64,000 bases of DNA from Paraspadella gotoi. Its lineage: Eukaryota > Animalia > Chaetognatha. The notes under the pieces are model-generated. The model did not search any database and had not been told where the DNA came from. It saw only the letters and a program-made list of their open reading frames with translations. The stretch lies in assembly GCA_051294375.1 (NCBI GenBank), contig CM119269.1, positions 18,712,471-18,776,470 on the forward strand, in the 5' to 3' direction. Position 1 is the stretch's first letter. Every line of letters starts with the position of its first letter. The position numbers were made by a program, and so were the translations under genes. Positions 52,231 to 63,479 of this stretch are shown piece by piece.

Positions 52231-55200
52231 CAAAGTTTCCAACACAGAGTTTGAGAGAAAGGATAGTGTTCAGTTTTTTATTAGGGACAGGTGAAGGTGA
52301 GGACAGAGATAGTTTGTGAAAAGAAATTGAAATGGAGAGAGAGAGAGAGACAGTGCCTTAAAATATATTACATTATGAAATGTACAACAATGTTAAAATT
52401 GGTAAACTTTAATAATGAATAATATCAACAATTAACTACAGTAATAAATTAGTGAAATGAAATAGAAGTTCAGAAATGTGAAATATTTTTTTTGTTAGTG
52501 AGGGATAGCTAAGTAATTAGGAAAAGGGAAATTTCAAGTAATAAGAAAGAGCTCAAAAATGAGCTGGCCCCCCTTGGTTATGAACAAATGAAAGGCTAGA
52601 TTGATAAGGTCGGGTCATTGGTGTGTCATTGGCTGAGAGGACAGGTTGGTGGAGCCTACTAGTGCAGAGCTGGGAAGACTTCCTTGCGGGAAGAAACCAA
52701 AGGCTACTCGGATGTCTCTCTGGCCTGGTACGCCTGCCGACTGCCCTCTTCTTGCCTGCTGGCGAGGTGGGCGGCTGTCCATTCTTGCCACTTTCGCGAC
52801 AGGAGTGGTGGCCTCCCCCCTTCCTCCTGCAGCCGTCGCTTTGGGCGGCGCTCAGTCCACAGAGAAGGGAATGAGTTGCTGCAGTTGAAGGAGAGGTATC
52901 ATCTGCCCATCGCCTGCCAAGGGTCTCCGCCTATCTCGTTGAGTGGAGATGGGGGAATCATTGTGCGGACGTGGTGGAGACGGGGCCTCCACCACGCTTT
53001 TGATAAGCGAATCATAGCTTGGAGGGAGATCGAATCGTCCTCCATCATGGTTCAAAGAGGGCTCGAGGGCTTTGATGTAGATTGCCTCTCTAATACCTCT
53101 GAAAACCAGCTTGGGTCATGGGACAGCACGAGACAGTCTGATTCTCTGAATAGATGGCCAGTATTAGCCGTGTGTTCGGCTATAGCAGATAGGTAGTGGC
53201 CTCTAGCGTCACGATAGGGTCTCGTATGCTGCTGGAATCGGTCTGTTAGAGACTTTCCTGTCTCGCCCACGTATGCTGCTGTGCAGGCTTGGTTGCCCGC
53301 CCTGCACAGGCCGCCCAATAGACGGCTCCTGATGTTTTCGGTCTGGGGATTTTATCTTTCGGTTTCACCAATAGCTCACGCAGAGAGCCGCGGGCCGTCA
53401 CTGAGGTGGAGATCCCCTGCTTTGCTAGCACCGCACCAATGACTCAGTGATCCCCTGGTGGTAGGGAGGGACAAGTGACCCACGTTCTTTGGGCGCTTCT
53501 GCTTATCTTCCAATTGCGCTGTGGTGGGCGCGGTAGGCACTTCAGCAGCAAGCTCCCTTTCTGCCTCCTGGGGGACGGAGGTAGAAACTGCATCAGCGGC
53601 TACTTGGGCAGCCCCTAGGTGGCCACTGCCCTCAACCAGACACGGCCGGTACCTAGCCCTCTCGAAGGCCCACAATGGGTAACCATTGATCGCCAAGGCT
53701 CTTTTGACGTGCTCAAGCTCGGCGGCCTGAAGCTCGGGGGTCGACGGAATCAATGCTGCTCTCCTGGTAAGGGACCTGACCGTGGCAAGCTTGTGAGATA
53801 AGGGCGCATGAGAGTCAAAGGGAATGTATTGGTCTGTGTGCGTCGGTTTGCGATATACTGAAAATTCCAATGAGCCGCCCTCTTTGCGCTGTATAAGCAC
53901 ATCGAGCATTGGAATTGACCCATTCTCCTCTTTCTCACATGTCCACTTAATACTCACATGAATCCCATTCAGGTGATTCAGGAGATCCTCAATGAGGTCT
54001 CGTCTCACGGCCAGGATGGTATCGTCTGCTTTCCGATACCAGAAGAGGATTGACTCTGCCCATGCAACGATCGAAAAGAGGACAAAGCTTCCACCTCATA
54101 GTCCTCCATATAGAAATCTGCCAGAGGACTTGATGTCGACTTGCCCATCCCTAAGCCACCAGGCTGGGCGTAGTACTGTCCATCGAACCTGAAGTACGCC
54201 AGTTCCAGGTCGAGCCGTAGCAGTGCCATGATGTCATCCAATTGGATTGGCGTACGCTCGTGTAATTGCCGGTCTTCCCTCAAGCGGCGTTCTGCTGATT
54301 GTAACGCCAATTCTTGGGAATATTTGTAAACATGCTCTTTAAATCACACGAGACCAAGAGATGAGTATCGGGCACTATAATATGCTGCAGCTTTTCAGTC
54401 AGATCAACAGAGTTCCGGAGGTGGTGTTGATTACCAACGAGCGAGTGAGGATGCGCCCCAACTCCTTCGTCATTCCATTAAAAATGGAATTGCGGGCTGA
54501 TACGATCGGGCGTAATGGTAAACCGGGCTTATGTACCTTCGGCTGACCGAAGAACAAAGGAGGCTGCGTAGAGTCAGGATTGACTCTGTGAAATACTGAC
54601 GGGGGACAGTACTCCGTATTCTTTTCGTTACGGTCTGAATCCGAGCTCTGTAAGCTAGAGTTGGATCCTTTGGCAATAGATGGTAGGTTTGCCGATCTGC
54701 CATCATTTTTCGGACTTTGTTTTTGTAGTCATGGGCGTCCATGACCACCGCAGCTCTTCCCTTGTCCGCGGGATGAACCATGATTGCCTGATTGCATTTT
54801 AGTGAGGCAATGGCCTTGCGTTCACTTTTTCCGACATTTGGCGGGGGCGGAGCTCTTTTTGCGTTGAGCATCCGCGCCGCCGCCGCCCGAAGGGTAGCCG
54901 CCGCTTCGGGCTGCTGATCCAGGAGTCTTGCTCCTGTCTCTACACCGACAATGAGGTCAATAGCAGGTAATATAATAGGGGTTGGAACAAAAGATAGGCC
55001 CTTACGGAGTACAAATCTTCGTCATTGTTCAAAGTATAAGAGGAAACATTGACGAGCCATCGTTCTTGTGCAGCTCGGATTTCATCGTCTGTCAGCCGGA
55101 ACAATTCGTTTCGTGCCGATTTCGCCTATCCTTGACGAGTTTGTCGTGGGCATGACGCTGCCGTAGGTAATCCAATTTCGTCTTTTGACGCTGCCTTGTC

Positions 55201-55862
55201 GCCCGGAAAGTTTCGGCGGCGTCATCTTCGATGCGTTGGCGCCAGGAGATGAGATCTTCAGGAGCTAGAAGGCGGCCCAGCGCCTCTTGAAGACGTCGCT
55301 GTTCCGAGCGGAGCCGCGTCAGGTTGGCATGACAACGATCGATGAAGTTTGAGAGGAGGCTGCGTTTTGCGCCGTTCGATAATCCGTAGGGCCTTTTCTC
55401 CTGTGATATTGTTTCGCACTTGGATGGCGTCTGGATGACGTCATATTTCCGACATGAGAGAGAGAAGTGAAGATGGTTTGACCATCTAGAGATTGCTTTT
55501 GTGACGTGGGACAGTTTGTTTATTAGCGCTTTCGTGGGACGAGAGATTTGGTGGTTAGACATTGTGTTTTTTTCCTTTCTGTTTCGTTGTGATTTGATTT
55601 AGAACAAAGTTTGAAGAGAGATTTAACACGATTTTTATTTCATAGTGAAACGGACATGTTTCGACTCACATATCAGTCTTCTTCAGCGCCAATTCAATTT
55701 GTGAATTTGAAGAGAATTTGTGCATAAAGAAAGAAGAGAGAGAGAGAGAGAGAGAGGACAGAGCAAAGTTTCCAACACAGAGTTTGAGAGAAAGGATAGT
55801 GTTCAGTTTTTTATTAGGGACAGGTGAAGGTGAGGACAGAGATAGTTTGTGAAAAGAAATTG

Positions 55863-55898
<36 letters not shown>

Positions 55899-58800
55899 TG
55901 CCTTAAAATATATTACATTATGAAATGTACAACAATGTTAAAATTTGGTAAACTTTAATAATGAATAATATCAACAATTAACTACAGTAATAAATTAGTG
56001 AAATGAAATAGAAGTTCAGAAATGTGAAATATTTTTTGTTAGTGAGGGATAGCTAAGTAATTAGGAAAAGGGAAATTTCAAGTAATAAGAAAGAGCTCAA
56101 CATTGTTGTACATTTCATAATGTATATATTTTTAAGGCACTGTCTCTCTCTCTCTCTCTCTCTCTCCATTTCAATTTCTTTTCACAAACTATCTCTGTCC
56201 TCACCTTCACCTGTCCCTAATAAAAAACTGAACACTATCCTTTCTCTCAAACTCTGTGTTGGAAACTTTCTGCTTCTCTCTCTCTTCTCTCTCTTCTCTT
56301 TCTTTATGCACAAAATTCTCTTCAAATTCACAAATTGAATTGGCGCTGAAGAAGACTCGTATGTGAGTCGAAACATGTCCGTTTCACTATGAAATAAAAA
56401 TCGTTGTTAAATCTCTCTTCAAACTTTGTTCTAAATCAAATCACAACGAAACAGAAAGGAAAAAAACACAAAGATTTATTTTTATACAGTAATCTCTGTT
56501 GAGTTACATGTGGCGTTTTTTAGATTGATCTGTTACTGAGTAACTTTTTATTAATTCAGGAATCTTTATCAAAACTTTGCATCTCCATGGGCGGATACAC
56601 AATGTCGACCTCAAGACATCGACTACCACGTGCCCCAAGTAATCTAAAAGCCTTACTTGAGGCTCTAAAATCTTCGTCACTCGCAAGCCAACCAAGAGTC
56701 CATACCCTGCTCTTTCTTTTTACAGGAATATTTGACGAACACGATGATCCGCGATAAATTGGCGCCGATCAAACTGACCCGATATGGAGACGATTTGCTG
56801 TTTTTTTTATTCTACGTCTTTCCCGGAGATGTTCTTCAAATAGCAGCAGCAGCCGAACTGTGAGTAATTGGCTTTTCATTGATATCTTTTTAATCGGATC
56901 TGCTTATCAGCAGATTCCGACTCTAATTAACTTTGTCAGTCCATCGGTCCCACCTCAAAATATTGTCGGTAAATCATTTTATCATATCAGAACCTTGAAT
57001 TATGATAAATTATGCAAAAAAAATGTTGGTCTTTCTGTCTGAAGGTCCTTCCCACCTTAGCAATAATCTCTAATCGGAATGAAATTTTGTGTGTGGGTAG
57101 GAAAGTGTGTGATTGAGATGGATATAAATTTTCAATGGAATTGTGCGAGTGGAAATGAGAATAAATGGAATATTTATTCATAATTATTATATTTATTAAT
57201 AATCGGATAGATAAATTGAAATAAAATTTTGTGTGTGAGTTAGATTCTTTTCTGACCAACCAAAACATTTTTAAACCCGAAATGACATGTTCTATGGATT
57301 CGTCTGATCAAGAGCAGTTAATTGGTGCCCATTTCATTTTAAAAAAAATACAGCACATTTAAGTTCAAAAATCTATTGAAAAAGCAGAACTTAAAGAAAT
57401 CGTCCTCGGGTCAATCCTTTACAGGAATTGAGAGAAAGGTTGGTTAAACTTATTATAATTTTTACTTTGATCGATTTGGTTCATTAAATATAGGCTTACC
57501 AATAGCATCCTCCACGCCGATTGTTCTCTCAAATATTTTTTTTTATTTAATACATTCGAAAGGGAAAAAAAGAAAATTCGGAATGCAGGTTGTAGAAAGG
57601 GTACAGATAATCTGGATTTACTGACATGATAACCATGACCTTTTATATCTTGTAAAATGGGGGCAGTAAAGAAATCTAAACAATTCAATCATTAAGTCAG
57701 TCAATAAACCCTTTCCAATGGGCTATTACGAGAAATATTTTTTCTTAATTAAAATTGATGATAAATAATAGAATTAAATTCTTTGCTATATTTAAAAGAA
57801 AATTATCAATACAATTTAACATAATGATGTCTTGCTTTGTCAAATATGTTGCCAGCTATATAATTTTTTAAAACTACGCAGTACAAATCTTTGTTAAATA
57901 AAAATTTTGGCAAAGCGGGAGTATCTCACTTATTTCTATTGGTACAATACTTAAATTTCAAAATAAAACTTGAAGAAAATTTTTTCGTCATTTAGAGACA
58001 TCACTTTCAGATGTACCCATCGTATAATAATTGATTTATTTATTTCCCCAAAAAAAGCTTAATTAGAAAAGTTGAAATTTTTTCTAATTGTTGGAAAAAA
58101 AATTTCGTCCAACCTATGCTCATTGAGAATAATGGTTTTGCATAGAAAATCAAAATATCAAAAAAATTTAAAAATCAGCCTCTAGAAAAATTCTAACTCG
58201 AAATCCATTATTCTCAAGTTTCAAAATATTTTGCCATGCTTAGTAAATTAATCAAATTATATTTACTTATAACGCTAATACTTAATTTTTTTTGTTTTGG
58301 TTCACAAATGATGTAAAACGATAACAATTAAAAAGACTATATATTAAAATTTGCACATTTTTTTTACATAAGGTTTTTTGACAGATTGTAACTAATTTTA
58401 AGAAAATTTTGTATACAATTAGAACTATTATGGGGATTATTCAACCCATGAGCCGACATGAATTCCAAAGGGTCATCACAATGCCAAAAAAATATATTTT
58501 TTTAAAATTTATTATTTTTTTTCTTCTAAACAGTTTTTTAATGTGGGTGGTGAATTCTTTGAAAGTCAATATTTTGAAAATAAGAGAAAATGTTTTTTTT
58601 ATTTTTGAATTATGATTAAGGTTTGATTAAGAAACGGCTTTTTCATTCATTGATGCTTAAAAAATTTTATTCAAAAATTAACGACTATGATTATAAACAT
58701 GAGTTTTAGTTATTAAATAAAAGGACAAGTTTTGACTTTAATCCAAGCCTTCTTCAGCGCTAAAGATGTCCGTTTTTAATTACATAAAATTCACAAGGAA

Positions 58801-58911
58801 ATTTGAATTGTTACAACGATTTTATTTAAGTTGCAGACATGTTTCGACTCAGAGATTTTCGAGTCTTCATCACGCTTTTGACAGTTGTGAATAATGGACA
58901 ATTTGTGAGTT

Positions 58912-58949
<38 letters not shown>

Positions 58950-61900
58950 AGAGGTTAAAGTTTCCAACATTTCCTTGTAAATCTCTATACAACAACGAAA
59001 AGAAAGGATATACCATGGATACATAAATTCAAATTCAAAACAAAATAGAGAGAAAAATATATTTTTTATTGTTTAAAACAATGGTTGTGAGATATTTTGG
59101 TCTCACGCTCGCGAAGGCAAACATTCGAACGTTGCCCGTTTTGAATAGAAAAGACGTTCTCATTTTCTGTGAAACTTTATTAGTCAAAATTCTACGGAGA
59201 CCCATGTTAAGACAGTCGGAACGGGCAACGTTCGAATGTTTTTCCTTCGCGAGCGTGGAGACCAAAATATCTCACAGTAAAAACGGGTTTTTGAAGCGGG
59301 TACAACGTTTGAGCTCTGAAGAGAAAAGTGAAAAAAAAATACGGACAACGCGGACATGGTTCGGCTCTGATAAGAGCGCGAATTTGCTTCATGAAAATAA
59401 AAAAAATTTCACAAAGCAAATTCGCGCTAAAGAAGGCTCTCATCAGAGCGGAAACATGTCCATATTTTTTGCTTCACTTTTACATTTGTTTTTAAACAAG
59501 AAAAAACTTTGTATCTAAAACTTACCAACTACAACAAAACGAAAGAAATTACAATATAAAATCTATTTTTAATCAATAACGCTGACTTCCCTCGTTATTT
59601 TGTTAAGTTAGTGATATCGGTGTAGGTTTATTGTAGATTCGCAAACTCAAAGTGGATTCCACATGGCCTTTGAACCTTCACATTTGATATGTCTTTAAAA
59701 TTCGCGTTTTAATGCTTTTAATGGAGACGAATTAATTTATTTGCAAACATTTTTTATTAAACGAACATGTTTCAGCTCACAATTTGAGCCTTTAAAGAGG
59801 CTGGTTTTACAGGGCGCCACACCCGCAGCGGTGTCACCTCGTGGCGACAGCGAGACAGCATTTTTCATGTAGTCCAGAGCTTTGGATCTGGCAGTAGGCC
59901 CATGCCTACAGGCGGGTTACCGGTCCATCCCACTTTCTACATGACAACCTCAGGGCTCGAACCAGGGACGCACATTGGGATGGTGCATTAGTCCACTGAG
60001 CCACTGAGGCGCTGTGAAAGAAACAGCTTTAATCCATCTGTGGTGATAGGACCACCAGACCTTCATCAGCGTCAAAGTTGTTTGTGAATTACAAATTTTT
60101 CTACAAACTTCTGGAAACTTTACCCCCTCTCTATCTCTCTTTCCCCCTCCCTCTTCTTCTTTTTGTGCCAAATTCATAAAATTAGTAAAATCATATTTAT
60201 TTTTAACTTATTTTTACTTCTTTAAGATTATTTTGAATTTTGTACTTTTCATTTCATTTTTATTCAAAAGTAGTTGAAATATTGGCTATTAATTGTTCTT
60301 ATTATTGTTATTAGCGAGGATAATGGCGCCACCCTCGAGGTTATTATAGATCAATTTACTAAATAAAATAATATAAAAAACATATATGAATATAAACATA
60401 ACAGTAGAATTATTGTTAACTTAAATTCAAAAGAATAGTATTAGAAAAATCTTTCAAAAATGCAATTTATTTCCTTTTTTTTAAGTTTTGAAATATTAAT
60501 GTAAGTATTTAATAATTTTAGTAATATACATGTATACATATAATTTAATAAAAATTAAAATATTTAGAACTATGTATAATTAACCAGAAAATAAGCTTAA
60601 AAATAACTAATTTTAGTCTAGAAACATTTTATTTCAAAAAACAACAGCTATTTTTGAACCGGAAGTGGTACGCCACATAAAGTGGCGTGGAAAGTCCATA
60701 AATCACAACCTGAAATTTTTATTGTGATATTCGTTTTTTCACTAAAATTGGAATAAGAAACTTTGCGAGAACCAACAACTTTTTTAAAGTAGGATATTTT
60801 TGGGAGCCCTATAATATATAAGGTTTTTGANNNNNNNNNNNNNNNNNNNNNNNNNGGTTTTTGAAAATACCTCTAAAATATTAGATAATTAGACAGCAGA
60901 GAAAACCTCCCATTCATAAAAAAAAATGAAAATGAATTTGTCATATTGTTATTTAGATTAATTGACTAATTACAAACAAATGATTCATATAAATTGAGAA
61001 AATGATGGGTAAAAAATATTCATCTTGGTCTCGGTTAACTATTAAGTTATCGTTAAAGTTTTGTTTTAATAATATTAATATTTTTTTTGTATTTATAAAA
61101 GCAATGGTCTAAAATTTTGTAAGCGTTTCGTGCTATATTGCTTCATCTTTTTTACTATTTTTGATCTAGTTAGCTTTTTTGTTGATGGTCAAGGGTTATG
61201 GTCAGACACAGTAATGTCCAGTAGTGTATATCGCACATATTACCAAAAGTAATAATCAATTAATTTGGCTCAGAAACAATTTTAAAGGGACAAAATCAGC
61301 ACGAGTTCGTTTCGCCACGTTATTTTTCATTGTGTCGTATATAAGGACAGGTTTGATCCAGCTCTTTTGATTTAAAATGATGCTGATTATCTCAGGAACT
61401 TTAGCTTTTTTGTTACTTGGTTACCAGGTGGGAACAGAATCTTTTTTTGCAAAAGATAAAGAATCAATATCCGAAATGATCTGACGAAACACAAAAGCAC
61501 CGAATGCAATGATTGTTTCGTCGTAAGCACTATAAAAATTCGATCTTCTACCAATTCTGTTGAATCATGGAGAACCAAGGCATCTTTAGCAAAGATATCA
61601 AAATATAAATCCCTCAACAGAAACTAATTGAGCCAAAAATTAATATTTTTTAAATTTTTAAGTTTTTTATTATATATAAAAATACTTAACCATACAGCAA
61701 TTATATATTTGGGATAACTTTTAATTATTCTTTTAAAATAAGTTTAAAATAAGTAATTTGTCAATTGAAATAGAATCGTTTCGTCACCTTTTGCCATAGT
61801 ATTATTAGTTCCTGAGCGTTATATACTGCAGTATATATAATGTTCAATCACTGCTTTCCCTTTCAGTGGCTTGTATGGAGGCAGGGAAAATTGTTAATAG

Positions 61901-63448
61901 TGGTGCTACTGTTATAAGAATATATTGATATTGATAAGAAAATTAGGAATTCAGAGAGTTTTGATTAAAAACTTGCAGGGACTTATTATTTCATTATCTT
62001 ATAGGATGCAGGCCTTAAACCACCATAGCCTCTCCAAAGTCAGGTGCAAGATAGCCCATTTATTAAATGTATAAATAATTCATATTGATTATACCAATTT
62101 AATAAATATAAAAATCAAATTTACATAAAAAATTAAATAAATAAAAAATGAAGTCAAAATAAAATTATGTATAACTCGCTAAATGGATACAACTAAAATA
62201 ATAGCTAACAAAAGTTAATTTTATTCAGTATTATCGTTGTAACATTTAGCTTGATTAATATTTATCTTTAGTTTTTCTGAATTATTTTGACCAATTAGGT
62301 ATTTTATATTATTTTTCTCATATATTATTATCTAATCTTGCCAGTTTATCTATTTTTGTCTTTTAATTTTTGTCTATTGAAATAAAATTACATGAAAGCT
62401 AATAATTTAAAGATGACGGAAGTCACGTGACTTTGACGCTTTTGATCCACCCCGTAGTGATTTTTTTAAATATCTTTTTTTGGGTGCAATTGATAGCCCT
62501 TGAGCATACAAACCGATACACAACGTCATTTCGGGTATAAAAACTTTGGTCGGAAAAAAAAAGAATCTAGTGTGAGTAAAAAAGTATGTGATAAAGCTGG
62601 ATATAAACTTTTGATGGAGTGGAATAGTTTAAATTAAAAACCAAAAGATACATTTATTTGAATTTTCAAAATTTTTGTTATATCTTTTTAATTGATTGAT
62701 GGTTAATTGATTGATAATTTTTTAAATTGATTAATTGAAAAATCTTATCTTTTATAATGTTATGATCTAGTTATGATTAGTTGTTTCTTTCTATTTATTT
62801 ATGAATTTTTTTGTCACATTCTTCGGACATCCCCTTTGGTTAGCTGCTTACCGCTAAATTAACTCATTTGATTCAACTCATTTGATTCAACTCATTTGAT
62901 TCAACTCATTTGATTCAACTCATTTGATTCAACTCATTTGATTCAACTCATTTGATTCAACTCATTTGATTCAACTCATTTGATTCAACTCATTTGATTC
63001 AACTCATTTGATTCAACTCATTTGATTCAACTCATTTGATTCAACTCATTTGATTCAACTCATTTGATTCAACTCATTTGATTCAACTCATTTGATTCAA
63101 CTCATTTGATTCAACTCATTTGATTCAACTTCGTTTTATTGATTATATTTTTTTAATGTTTTCTCATCAATGATTCCTTATCATCCCATCGATAATTGGT
63201 TATCATCCCATCGATAATTGGTTATCATCCCATCGATAATTGGTTATCATCCCATCGATAATTGGTTATCATCCCATCGATAATTGGTTATCATCCCATC
63301 GATAATTGGTTATCATCCCATCGATAATTGGTTATCATCCCATCGATAATTGGTTATCATCCCATCGATAATTGGTTATCACATCAGTCTTTCGTTTTTT
63401 CATTAATTTTTTTTGATAGTAACGTCTGGCGAGATTACTATATTATTA

Positions 63449-63479
<31 letters not shown>

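Larger units (their letters stand above)
52056..56470 (-). mobile_element. Penelope-like retroelement (Penelope/Poseidon type), near full length, in a CNOT2 intron
   Basis: Direct pLTRs at ~52056-52556 and ~55598-56100, plus an inverted pLTR copy at 56101-56470. The flanking duplication aagatttattttta lies at 52046-52059 and 56471-56484. Confidence 0.92.

Noticed and set aside
61387-61617. 76-aa minus-strand ORF in a CNOT2 intron
   Set aside because: No recognisable domain and no supporting splice partners found.
62859-63381. CRISPR-like arrays (also 10224-10880 and 47408-47735)
   Set aside because: Head-to-tail repeats with no unique spacers, no cas genes, and a eukaryotic intron context.
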